A DNA stretch of 64,000 nt from Methanobacteriota archaeon. Its GTDB lineage: Archaea > Thermoplasmatota > Thermoplasmata > UBA10834. Shown here piece after piece: positions 8,651 through 17,779 of the stretch. The notes below the pieces were generated by a model. That model saw nothing but the letters and a program-made list of their open reading frames with translations. It had not been told where the DNA came from and ran no database searches. The translations under genes were made by a program, and so were the position numbers. Each line of letters opens with the position of its first letter. Positions within the stretch are counted from its first letter, which is position 1. Location: positions 9,233-73,232 of the forward strand of contig DYTN01000007.1 of assembly GCA_020725925.1 (NCBI GenBank), written 5' to 3'.

Positions 8651-9841
8651 ATGAAGGCTGTGATTCTGGCTGCTGGTGAGGGGATGAGGCTGCGGCCTCT
8701 GACCGTCTCCGAGCCCAAGGTGATGATACCCGTCGCGAACCGTCCCATACTCGAGTACGTCGTGGACTCGCTCGTCAAGAACGACGTGCACGACGTAGTG
8801 ATGGTCGTCGGCTACCGCAAGGAGCGGATCATGTCCCACTTCGAGGACGGGAAGAAGTTCGGGGCGAGGATCGAGTATGTCGTCCAGGACAAGCAGCTCG
8901 GGAACGGGCACGCGCTCCTGTCGGCGAAGGACCGCCTTTCAGATGAGTTCATGGTACTTCCAGGCGACAACGTCATAGACTCCCGCGCGGTGGGCGACCT
9001 GCTCAGGTCTGGGGCGTGCCCGAGCGCGCTCGTGGTCGAGAGCGAGAACCCGTCGAAGTACGGCGTCGTCACGCTGGAGAAGGGGGAGATCAAGAGCGTC
9101 CACGAGAAGCCAGCGGAGATGATCTCGAACATAATCCTGACGGGCATGTACTGCCTGACAGACAGGATATTCCAGTTCATCGAGCAGTGCATATCGGAGG
9201 GGGAGTACGGGCTCAGCAACGCCGTCCAGCTGAGCCTGGGCGCGCAGGCCGTGACCCCGGTGTTCTCGGACGGCCTGTGGATTGACGCCGTGTACCCGTG
9301 GGACCTGCTGGAGCTGAACTCGGCCGCGCTGGAGAACCTGGCCGTGCGCACCTCAGGGAAGATCGAGTCCCAGGTGGCCCTCGCCGGCCCGATAGGGATA
9401 GGCGAGGAGACCGTGATCAGGGCGGGCACGACCATCTACGGGCCCGTGCTGATCGGGGACGGGTGCGACATCGGGCCCAACGTGACGATCTTCCCGTCGA
9501 CCAGCATAGGGAACAGCGTGACGATCGAGCCGTACACGATGGTCAAGAACAGCGTGCTCATGAGCAACTGCAGCATCGGCGCTCACTCCTACCTGTCGCA
9601 CTGCGTGCTCGGGTACGGCGTGAAGTCGCAGTCCCACCTGATGGCCCCGGGGGCGGAGGCCTATGTGAACATCTCGGACGAGTTCTTCAAAGTGCCTCAC
9701 ATCGGGTCCATCCTGGGCGAGGACACGAGCTTCGGGACGGGCGTCGCCATCGAGCCTGGGACCGTCGTCGGTGCCGGGTGCAAGGTCTCGAGCGGCTCTA
9801 GGATCACGAGGAACCTTCCGAACCGCTCACTGGTCACATAG
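8651..9841 (+). CDS. glmU: Sugar-1-phosphate nucleotidyltransferase/acetyltransferase (archaeal GlmU-like)
   Basis: ILAAGEGMRLRPLT..PK motif; C-terminal hexapeptide repeats; adjacent to glmS. Confidence 0.85.
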   Translation: MKAVILAAGEGMRLRPLTVSEPKVMIPVANRPILEYVVDSLVKNDVHDVVMVVGYRKERIMSHFEDGKKFGARIEYVVQDKQLGNGHALLSAKDRLSDEFMVLPGDNVIDSRAVGDLLRSGACPSALVVESENPSKYGVVTLEKGEIKSVHEKPAEMISNIILTGMYCLTDRIFQFIEQCISEGEYGLSNAVQLSLGAQAVTPVFSDGLWIDAVYPWDLLELNSAALENLAVRTSGKIESQVALAGPIGIGEETVIRAGTTIYGPVLIGDGCDIGPNVTIFPSTSIGNSVTIEPYTMVKNSVLMSNCSIGAHSYLSHCVLGYGVKSQSHLMAPGAEAYVNISDEFFKVPHIGSILGEDTSFGTGVAIEPGTVVGAGCKVSSGSRITRNLPNRSLVT

Positions 9842-9853
9842 GGAGCAACGGGG

Positions 9854-11644
9854 ATGTGCGGGATAGTCGGATACGCTGGCAGGCGCGAGGCGCAGCCTAT
9901 ACTCCTTGACTGCCTTAAGCGGCTGGAGTACAGGGGTTACGACTCGGCGGGCATAGCAGTCGCAGGCAAGGGGCTGCAGCTGTTCAAGTCGAAGGGCGAG
10001 ATCGCGGTGCTCGAGTCGAAGATGCCCCGGATGCCGGGGACCGTCGGGATCGCGCACACGAGGTGGGCCACGCAAGGCAAGCCCACGACGGAGAACGCGC
10101 ATCCGCTCGACGACTGCTCTCACAGGCTGGCCATCGTGCACAACGGCATCATAAGCAACTTCATGGGGTTGAAGGAGTCCCTGGTGAAGGACGGGCACAG
10201 GTTCGCCAGTGAGACGGACACCGAGGTCTTCGCGCACTTGGTCGAGTCCGAGCTGAAGGGCGACCTCGTGGACGCCGTCTCGAAGGCGCTCAGGCAGGTC
10301 GAGGGCACATACGCCTTCGCTGTCGTGGCCGCGGACCGGAGCGAGATCGTGGCGACCAGGCGGGAGAGCCCTCTGGTCGTCGGCCTGGGAGAGGGGGAGA
10401 ACTTCCTCGCGAGCGACGTGACGGCCCTGTTGAAGTACACCAACCGTGTCGTCTACATCCAGGACGACGAGGTCGTCCGGGTCACGATGGACTCGGTGTC
10501 GATCCGCGGTCCCAGCGGGGAGCTGGTCGAGCGCGAGGCGCAGAAGATCACATGGAGCCTCGAGGATGCGGAGAAGGGCGGGTATCCTCACTTCATGCTG
10601 AAGGAGATATTCGAGCAGCCTGACGCCATCCACGACTCCCTGCTCGGGAGGATCGAGACGCTCGAGACGGAGCCGTTCTTCCAGGGGGACAGCTTCACCA
10701 GCGTCAAGGTGGTCGCGTGCGGCACGTCGTATCATGCGGGGCTCGTCGGGAAGTACATCATCGAGGAGCTCGCGAAGATCCCCACCACGGTCCAGATATC
10801 CTCTGAGTACAGGTACTCCCCGGTCGCGAGGGAGAGCCCGCTCGTGGTGCTCATCACCCAGAGCGGCGAGACCGCGGACACATTGGGCGCCGCGAGGGAG
10901 GCGAGGAAGAGGGGCAACAAGACCGTGGGCATAGCGAACGTCGTGGGCTCGGCCATCACGCGCGAGGTGGACCACGTGATATACACACGGGCGGGGCCGG
11001 AGATAGGCGTGGCCGCGACGAAGACCTTCGCGACGCAGCTCGCGGCGCTGTATCTCTTGGCTATGGACCTCGGGGTCCAGAACCGGGTGCTGACGGCCCA
11101 GGCGAAGAGGTCCATCACGGGCTCTCTAAGGAACCTCCCCAGGGCTGTCCAGGATGTGTTGAACCAGGCGCACCTGATCGAGGCCCTCGCGAACAAGTAC
11201 TCGGGTGCGAAGGACATGTTCTTCATCGGAAGGGGGATCAACTACCCCGTCGCCTTGGAGGGCGCGCTCAAGACCAAGGAGATATCGTACGTCCACGGGG
11301 AGGGGTTCCCCGCCGGGGAGCTCAAGCACGGGCCCTTGGCGCTCATCTCGAAGGAATCGCCCGTGGTGGCCATCGCGGTCAAGGACCACACCTACGAGAG
11401 GATGCTCGGGAACATAAGCGAGTGTTCCGCCAGAGGAAGCCCAGTGATAGCGGTGGCGTTCGAAGGGGACACGGAGATAGCGAAGTACGTGGACGATACC
11501 ATCCGCGTGCGGGAGATCCCGCCGATATTCGCGCCCGTGCCCATCATTGTGGTGCTCCAGCTGTGGGCATACTACCTGGCAAAGGCGAAGGGATGCCCGA
11601 TTGACAAGCCGAGGAACATCGCCAAGACGGTGACCGTCGAGTGA
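9854..11644 (+). CDS. glmS: Glutamine-fructose-6-phosphate aminotransferase
   Basis: MCGIVG N-terminus, HTRWAT, SQSGETADT-like TQSGETADT, PRNIAKTVTVE C-terminus. Confidence 0.97.
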   Translation: MCGIVGYAGRREAQPILLDCLKRLEYRGYDSAGIAVAGKGLQLFKSKGEIAVLESKMPRMPGTVGIAHTRWATQGKPTTENAHPLDDCSHRLAIVHNGIISNFMGLKESLVKDGHRFASETDTEVFAHLVESELKGDLVDAVSKALRQVEGTYAFAVVAADRSEIVATRRESPLVVGLGEGENFLASDVTALLKYTNRVVYIQDDEVVRVTMDSVSIRGPSGELVEREAQKITWSLEDAEKGGYPHFMLKEIFEQPDAIHDSLLGRIETLETEPFFQGDSFTSVKVVACGTSYHAGLVGKYIIEELAKIPTTVQISSEYRYSPVARESPLVVLITQSGETADTLGAAREARKRGNKTVGIANVVGSAITREVDHVIYTRAGPEIGVAATKTFATQLAALYLLAMDLGVQNRVLTAQAKRSITGSLRNLPRAVQDVLNQAHLIEALANKYSGAKDMFFIGRGINYPVALEGALKTKEISYVHGEGFPAGELKHGPLALISKESPVVAIAVKDHTYERMLGNISECSARGSPVIAVAFEGDTEIAKYVDDTIRVREIPPIFAPVPIIVVLQLWAYYLAKAKGCPIDKPRNIAKTVTVE

Positions 11645-11652
11645 CCGCCCGG

Positions 11653-12660
11653 TCAGGCGAGCCGCTCCGGGCAGATGGGCCTCCGGGAGCAGTGGACGCA
11701 CTTCCCGGGCCTGTTGTGGTTCCTGTGCACATCGCCGGTCTTTGAGATCTCGCGCATCTCCGCGAGCTTCTCCAGCAGGACCTTCTTGAGGTCCTCGTTG
11801 TACTCGATCTCGTGCTCATGCTCCGGGTACTTGAGCAGCCCGTACGGAGGAGCTCTCCCCTTCGTCTCCTCGATGAGAAGGCAGTATGCGGCGATCTGGA
11901 GTATGTGTGAGAAGAGCGGCCCTCGCGGAGTCCTCCCCGTCTTCTCCTCGACCGGGATGACATTGTCGTTCATCTTGATGACGTAGTCTGGCCTGCCCGT
12001 CAGCCCGTGTTTCTCCGACTTGAACACCATGGAGTTGTCGAGGTCTATGTACTCTATCTTCCCATCTACTCTGAACTCCTTCCTGAGCCCTTCCACAATA
12101 TCTGTCGAGCGGAGGGATCTGTAGAGGAAGAACGACGCCCCGACCAGCCACGCCACTGCGACCGCCTCAAGCGCCTCCGCCAGCCTGATGTCCTTGATCA
12201 GGAACGCAACCGCGCTCACAGCTACGATCACGGCAACTATCGCGAAGATGAGGATGATTTTCTCGTACTCGACGACGGAGCTCTGGATCGTCGACTTGGC
12301 AGACTTGTACAGGAAGAAGAGAGCCGCGAGCACCCATATGAGGGCTACAACGCCCAGTATCTGGGATATCGTGACTGATTCCTTGAGCGGGAGGAGTTCG
12401 AGGCCGATGATCGCCGTCACCGTCGCAACTATCGCCCACCAGAACACGAGCTTCTCGGACTCGCGTGCAGTCCTCTCACCGGAATCTATCTTCCACAGGG
12501 ACCTGCCCAGGCGGTCGTGCCCCTTGATCCCCTGCGCCAGCCCCTCGCTCTCGCCCTCGAACTCCGAGCTCAGCCACCAGCTCAGGGGACAGTAGCTGTA
12601 CTTCTCCAGGTCCCCCGCTGATATGTACTTGGCCGAGGTTCGGTTCATCCGGGGAATCAT
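11653..12660 (-). CDS. Solo Cas4-like Fe-S/PD-(D/E)xK nuclease with four inserted transmembrane helices
   Basis: N-terminal ISAGDL..YSYCP..WWL and G..GH; GRPDY...VEEKTG; QIAAY; C-terminal CVHCSRRPIC; hydrophobic block at about aa 70-182. Confidence 0.85.
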   Translation of the reverse strand: MIPRMNRTSAKYISAGDLEKYSYCPLSWWLSSEFEGESEGLAQGIKGHDRLGRSLWKIDSGERTARESEKLVFWWAIVATVTAIIGLELLPLKESVTISQILGVVALIWVLAALFFLYKSAKSTIQSSVVEYEKIILIFAIVAVIVAVSAVAFLIKDIRLAEALEAVAVAWLVGASFFLYRSLRSTDIVEGLRKEFRVDGKIEYIDLDNSMVFKSEKHGLTGRPDYVIKMNDNVIPVEEKTGRTPRGPLFSHILQIAAYCLLIEETKGRAPPYGLLKYPEHEHEIEYNEDLKKVLLEKLAEMREISKTGDVHRNHNRPGKCVHCSRRPICPERLA

Positions 12661-12672
12661 GCTTGCCTAGTC

Positions 12673-13458
12673 CTAAGAACCTTTCCACCCGATCTTGTCG
12701 CGCTCGCAGTCGTCGAAGAAGGTGCCTGGGAGGAGCACGATGCCCTCCGGGGGCTCGATTCCCTCAAGGAACCCGAACCAGTAGACGACCGCGCCCGGGC
12801 CGAAGATGTCTGTGTAAGGCTTGAGCTGCCTACGGACGTTCTTTCTGAGCTCGATCTCGTCCCCGAAGGACGCCTTGGATTCGATCCAGCAGACCTTCGT
12901 GCCGTCGATATGTATGGGCTTGTCAAGGAGGCAGTCAGGGGTCTTCTTGTGTGTGTTCCTGAGGTCCTCCTCGGTCCTGTACGTTATGCCCCTCTTGTCC
13001 AGCCACTCGTGGAGCTTCCTCTCGCCCCACACGCCTCTGTCGGTCTGTATCTGGGCGCCCCTGGGTGAGTAGACCATGTCCTCCTCGTCTATCTGCTGGA
13101 ACTCCTTCTTGAGCCTCTTGTCGTGGCAGGTGTTCGGGTCTCGGATGTACTTCCAGTACTGCTTCCTCGTGAGGTGTATCTCCGGTGCCATCATCAGCCC
13201 GAGCAGCACGGGCGGGAAGTTGATCTGCCTCGCGATGCGGGCTATCGGCGTGCCCCTCCGCCACTCCTTCGCGATCTTCTTGATGTCCTTCTTGACGATG
13301 TAGAACCTCCTCGTGGCGTCCCTGACGGTCCTCTGGGTGTAGAGCACCAAGAGGAACTCTCGGTCCATGCCGAGCTTCTTGGCGAGGTAGTCTATGTCGT
13401 GTGCCTTTCTGAGCTGAGAATAGATGTCTCTATAGTCTTCGAACTTCATCAGTGTCAC
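12673..13458 (-). CDS. CDIN1/C15orf41 (TPD domain) family PD-(D/E)xK nuclease homolog
   Basis: KTPDCLL..PI.I.G..VCWIESKASFG and Q...Y...FGPGAVVYWFGF; N-terminal helical/HTH region. Confidence 0.85.
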   Translation of the reverse strand: MTLMKFEDYRDIYSQLRKAHDIDYLAKKLGMDREFLLVLYTQRTVRDATRRFYIVKKDIKKIAKEWRRGTPIARIARQINFPPVLLGLMMAPEIHLTRKQYWKYIRDPNTCHDKRLKKEFQQIDEEDMVYSPRGAQIQTDRGVWGERKLHEWLDKRGITYRTEEDLRNTHKKTPDCLLDKPIHIDGTKVCWIESKASFGDEIELRKNVRRQLKPYTDIFGPGAVVYWFGFLEGIEPPEGIVLLPGTFFDDCERDKIGWKGS

Positions 13459-13656
13459 AGTCCAGCCTAGCGCTGAACGATCCGTTCAATCCGCTTCTGT
13501 TTGCGCCTGTTATATTCTCAGTCTACTTATGCCTTTGCGGCCGACCGCCACATTCTCCCTGCCTGGTTGGCCCAAACATTAATGCTGCACAAGCTTGAAA
13601 TGCGCACAAGTCATGGCCATCCTGCCGTTCTATGCGGCTTTTGGGAGGTGCTTGGA

Positions 13657-14754
13657 TTGCCTGAGAGTGGTGTCCGAAGGGTCATCCTGCCAGCGCGGTA
13701 CGTCCAAGGCTCGGGCGTGCTCAGCCAGCTGGGGTCCCACGTTAGGCAGTACGGCACGAGGCCCTTCGTGGTCGCCGGGCGGACGAGCTTCTCCAAGGTC
13801 AAGGCTCGGGTCCAGGCGAGCCTCCTGGCCGCGGGGGTTCCTGTGGTCGCCTACGACGACAGCGTGGGCGAGTGCACAATGGCCAAGATAAACGAAATCG
13901 CCGCTCGGGCCGATGAGCTAGATGTCGACGTGGTCGTCGGCTGCGGCGGGGGCAAGGCCGTCGACACCGCCAAAGCCGTGGCTGAGAAGCTGCACGTGCC
14001 TGCCATCACTGTTCCCACGCAGTGCGCGACCAATGCGGACGGCATGGCCGATGCGGTCATATTCACGGAGGACCACAGGTTCGTCCAGGACCTGTACCTG
14101 AGCAGGGCGCCTGTGCTCGTGCTCGTCGACACCGACGTGGTCGCCCGAGCGCCGCCCCAGTACCTCGTGCAGGGCATGGGCGACGCGCTCGCGAGCGCCT
14201 TCGAGAAGCCGGCATACGCGGCGTCCCAGCGCATGAAGAAGGCTGCGGACCAGGCCACCGAGGCCGCGCTCGAGGTCAACCTGAGATGCTTCTCGGTGCT
14301 CATGGCTCACGGCCTCCAGGCCAAGAAGGATGTCGAGGCTGGGAAGGTGACGGACTCGGTCGAGGCCGTGGTCGAGGCCATCAAGCTGATGAGCGGGTTC
14401 GGATTCGGTGGCGGAGGATGCGCCGCGGCACACGCGGTACACAACGGCCTCACCATCATCCCAGGGATTGCGCGCAAGCACGGCGAGATCGTTGCCTACG
14501 GCGTCCTCGTCCAGATGGTCCTCGAGAAGCGGCAGATGGGCGAGATCGAGCGGGTCATGCGCTGGTGCAAATCGCTCGGGCTCCCCACTCGGCTGAGGGA
14601 CCTCGGGGAGATCGACCGGGGCCAGCTGTTGGCCGCCGCCGAGAAGGCCTGCGACCCGACCGACTCGATGAGCTCCATGCCCTTCGCGGTCACCCCGAGG
14701 ATGGTCCTGGAGGCAATCGAGGAAGTCGAGAGGCTCGGAACGGCTCTGTCGTAG
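13657..14754 (+). CDS. Glycerol dehydrogenase / iron-containing alcohol dehydrogenase family
   Basis: PARYVQGSG, GCGGGKAVDTAKA, GMGDALA, AAAHAVHNGLT, HGEIVAYG; TTG start at 13657 after GGAGGTG. Confidence 0.88.
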   Translation: MPESGVRRVILPARYVQGSGVLSQLGSHVRQYGTRPFVVAGRTSFSKVKARVQASLLAAGVPVVAYDDSVGECTMAKINEIAARADELDVDVVVGCGGGKAVDTAKAVAEKLHVPAITVPTQCATNADGMADAVIFTEDHRFVQDLYLSRAPVLVLVDTDVVARAPPQYLVQGMGDALASAFEKPAYAASQRMKKAADQATEAALEVNLRCFSVLMAHGLQAKKDVEAGKVTDSVEAVVEAIKLMSGFGFGGGGCAAAHAVHNGLTIIPGIARKHGEIVAYGVLVQMVLEKRQMGEIERVMRWCKSLGLPTRLRDLGEIDRGQLLAAAEKACDPTDSMSSMPFAVTPRMVLEAIEEVERLGTALS

Positions 14755-14889
14755 ATTGTCGCGCCGTCAGGGCGGCGTCTGCTGGCCTGCTGGCCAGGAC
14801 CAGCAAGGCTATATATCGCCATCACGATTCTTGACCCGAGGCCGCTTCTTGCGGCTGAAGAAGGGATGACTTAGAGGAGGCATTCGAAA

Positions 14890-15519
14890 ATGAGCAGTCC
14901 GATAAGTACTATCATTGCGCCTGCTGCGAGCCCGCCGTGGTTGCCCAGGGAAGTCGCCGAGGGCCGCAAGTTCGCCTGGTGGGCGCAGATGTCGTTCTTT
15001 GGCATGGCGTTCATATGGTTTCTGCTTGCCATCGTGTCGATAGTCCTGTATGTGGACAACGGAGGCAGGGGAGCGCTCGTCGTGGGCGTCTTCGGGTTCT
15101 TCGCCATGCTGATATGCTTCACGGCCGCCGTGTTCGAGAGGAAGACCGTAATAGACGCGATCGACCAGGGGAGGTTCCACGACGCGAAGAACGACAGCAT
15201 CGTGTGGATCATCTTCGGGCTCGTCGGGTTCGTCATACCTGCGCTGTTCCTTATCCTCACCTATGCCAAGCTCGGGGACGCGCTCGCTGCCCAAGCGCCA
15301 GTGGGCTACCAGCCATACTCCCCGGGCACGGTCCAGGTGCAGCAGCCGGCCCCGTACGCGCCACCGCCCGCACCGATCCAGCCCCCGCCCGTCCCGCAGG
15401 CACCGCCGCCAGCTGCAGCGGCGCACCACGCGACTCCGATGGTCAGGTGCAAGAACTGCAACGTGCAGTACCCGGTGTTCATGCATTCGTGCCCGAACTG
15501 CGGCGCCCCGAAAGAGTGA
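14890..15519 (+). CDS. Membrane protein with Pro-rich linker and C-terminal zinc ribbon
   Basis: Three hydrophobic segments, PYAPPPAPIQPPP linker, CKNC...CPNCGAP; GGAGG RBS. Confidence 0.75.
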   Translation: MSSPISTIIAPAASPPWLPREVAEGRKFAWWAQMSFFGMAFIWFLLAIVSIVLYVDNGGRGALVVGVFGFFAMLICFTAAVFERKTVIDAIDQGRFHDAKNDSIVWIIFGLVGFVIPALFLILTYAKLGDALAAQAPVGYQPYSPGTVQVQQPAPYAPPPAPIQPPPVPQAPPPAAAAHHATPMVRCKNCNVQYPVFMHSCPNCGAPKE

Positions 15520-15571
15520 AGCTATCTCCTCCATCGGCCATTCTGCGTTCCCACAGGGCCCAGTGAACACC

Positions 15572-16288
15572 ATGACAGAGATGCTCTACATGAAGGACGT
15601 CGATTCAAACTACATCAGGGAGTTCGACGCGAGGGTTCTCGAGCGAGGGTTCGACTTCGTGGTCCTGGACAGGACCGCCTTCTATCCCCTTGGTGGGGGG
15701 CAACCGTCGGACACCGGACACCTCGAGTGGCCAGGCGGGAAGGCAGAGGTGCGCGAGGTGACCAAGAAGGAGGGCGTGAGGCACCACCTGGTCCAGAACC
15801 CTGATATCGTCCCCGAGATCGTACACGGCGTGCTCAACTGGGAGCGCAGGTATGCTCACATGAAGATGCACACGGCGCAGCACATCGTCTCGGGCGTGGT
15901 CTACGATCTGTACAAGGCCAGGACCGTTGGCAACCAGCTGTATCACGACAGGTCGAGGATAGATTTCGCCCCTGTCAAGTTCACGGACGAGATGCTCGCG
16001 GAAGTGGAGAGGAAGTGCAACGAGGTCCTCTCTACGGGCGCGAAGGTCGAGATCTGCACGGCAGCGCGGGCCGAGCTCGAACAGACGGTTGATTCTCAGA
16101 GGGCCAACTTGGACCTGCTGCCGAAGTCCGTCCAGGACCTCAGGGTCGTCAAGGTGGAGGAGTTCGACGTGTGCCCCTGTGCCGGCACTCATGTGAGATC
16201 CCTCGCCGAAATCGGCAAGGTGAGGATCACGAAGTGCGAGAACAAGGGGAAGGACAGGGAGAGGGTCACTTACGAGCTCGTCGCCTGA
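15572..16288 (+). CDS. alaX: Alanyl-tRNA editing protein AlaX-M
   Basis: TAFYPLGGGQPSDTG, HTAQH, CPCAGTHV motifs. Confidence 0.93.
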   Translation: MTEMLYMKDVDSNYIREFDARVLERGFDFVVLDRTAFYPLGGGQPSDTGHLEWPGGKAEVREVTKKEGVRHHLVQNPDIVPEIVHGVLNWERRYAHMKMHTAQHIVSGVVYDLYKARTVGNQLYHDRSRIDFAPVKFTDEMLAEVERKCNEVLSTGAKVEICTAARAELEQTVDSQRANLDLLPKSVQDLRVVKVEEFDVCPCAGTHVRSLAEIGKVRITKCENKGKDRERVTYELVA

Positions 16289-16379
16289 TTCCTGCAAGCG
16301 TGGGCGCGACAATGGCCGACCGGGACTCCAGCTAAACGCTTAAGTACGGATGCCCAGGATACTCGTCCTTGGGGATCAA

Positions 16380-16628
16380 ATGGTCGAGGCAGAAACGGCG
16401 GCGCAGGTTTCCAAGCTGTCGATGCAGATGAGCATCTTGTTCGGGATCATCGGCGTCGGCCTGCTGTATCTTGCGATCGGCATATCAGACGCGTCGAACG
16501 AGGTCAAGATAATCTGGGCGAGCGGCCTCTCGCTGACTGTCGCGTTCATGTTCCTTGTCATATGGACCATGGCGAGAGACAGCATACTGTCGCGCGAGAG
16601 GGAGCTCCGAAGGAAGCTGATGCCTTAG
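16380..16628 (+). CDS. Small two-TM membrane protein
   Basis: Two hydrophobic helices; host-like codon usage; start 16380 or 16350. Confidence 0.6.
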   Translation: MVEAETAAQVSKLSMQMSILFGIIGVGLLYLAIGISDASNEVKIIWASGLSLTVAFMFLVIWTMARDSILSRERELRRKLMP

Positions 16629-17779
16629 GCAGCCTTCCTGTTGTTCCCGTTCCCCTTTTCCACGTCCTGGGCCGAGTCCAGGAGCAGCTCCATCAGGTCG
16701 ACGACCTTGATTCCTGGGACGGTCCTCAGTTGGGTCTCGCAGAACGGGCACGAGGTCACGATGGTCGTCGCGCCCGTCGCCCTCGCCTCGGCGACCCTCT
16801 TCGTCGCGAGCTCCCGGGAGAGCTTCGGAAACGCTGACTGGAGCCCAGCCCCCGCGCCGCAGCACCTGGACTCGTACCTGTTGTTGGGCATCTCCACGAG
16901 CGTCCCCACAGCATTGACGATCTCCCTGGGCTCCTCGAACACTCCCCCGAGCCTTCCGAGGTGGCAGGGGTCGTGATAGGTGAGGCGCTCCGTGGACCGC
17001 TTCAGGTCGAGCTTCCCTTGCCTCACGAGTCCGCTGATCTCCTGTGCTACATGCCTGACATCGATCTTCACCCCGGACGATTCGACCGACTTCTTCAGCG
17101 TGGTGTAACACCCTGGGCACGCAGTCACGATCTTCTTGATGCCAAGCGACTCGAACTTGCGCATGTTCTCCCGCGACAGCTCCTCGAAGGCCATTGTCTG
17201 GCCCACTCTGAGGAGCGTGGACCCGCAGCACGGCTCGTCCTGACCCATCGTGGCGAACTTCACGCCAGCCCTTTGGAGCAGCCTCGCGCTGGCGACTAAG
17301 CTCCTGTTCAGGGGCTTCGTGACGGCCGAAGTGCATCCGGCGAAGAACAGCACCTCGGGGCCTCCAGGAGAAGCTTTTGATATGTTCAGTCCCTTCGTCC
17401 ACCTGTTCCTCGCACTCCTTGGCTGAAACCACGGGTTGCCGTAGTTCTTGATGCTGGCCAGGAGGGAGGAGTGTTCCTTCATCGGCTCGACGCCGTGCTT
17501 GAGCAGGTACTCCCTAAAAGCACGCGTGTGCTCGGTGTTCTTCAGCGAGCACCACCTGTCGCAGTTGCCGCACAGGGTGCATTCGAACGCCGCCTGGACC
17601 ACGGCCGGCGTGATCTCGAACCTGCCCTGGAGCAGGCCGAGCATGGTCCTGTTCCTGCCCCTCATGCAGAGCGTCTTCACCTTGAGCGTCTGGTACACCG
17701 GGCAGCCCCTCTCGCAGAAGCCGCAGGAGGTTCCGAAGCAGGTCTCGAGCTCCTCCCTGAACTCCTCGAGGCCATTCAC
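16625..17779 (-). CDS. Fe-S / CCG-domain protein (GlcF/HdrD-like)
   Basis: CGFCERGCP, CTLCGNCDRWC, FAGC, CCG, ACPGC, YHDPCHL, CCGAG, SCPFC; GTG start overlaps upstream stop. Confidence 0.9.
   Translation of the reverse strand: MNGLEEFREELETCFGTSCGFCERGCPVYQTLKVKTLCMRGRNRTMLGLLQGRFEITPAVVQAAFECTLCGNCDRWCSLKNTEHTRAFREYLLKHGVEPMKEHSSLLASIKNYGNPWFQPRSARNRWTKGLNISKASPGGPEVLFFAGCTSAVTKPLNRSLVASARLLQRAGVKFATMGQDEPCCGSTLLRVGQTMAFEELSRENMRKFESLGIKKIVTACPGCYTTLKKSVESSGVKIDVRHVAQEISGLVRQGKLDLKRSTERLTYHDPCHLGRLGGVFEEPREIVNAVGTLVEMPNNRYESRCCGAGAGLQSAFPKLSRELATKRVAEARATGATTIVTSCPFCETQLRTVPGIKVVDLMELLLDSAQDVEKGNGNNRKAA

Noticed and set aside
11645-13656. CRISPR-Cas locus suggested by the Cas4-like gene
   Set aside because: No repeat-spacer array and no cas1, cas2 or effector genes were seen in the window; the flanking intergenic spaces are too short.
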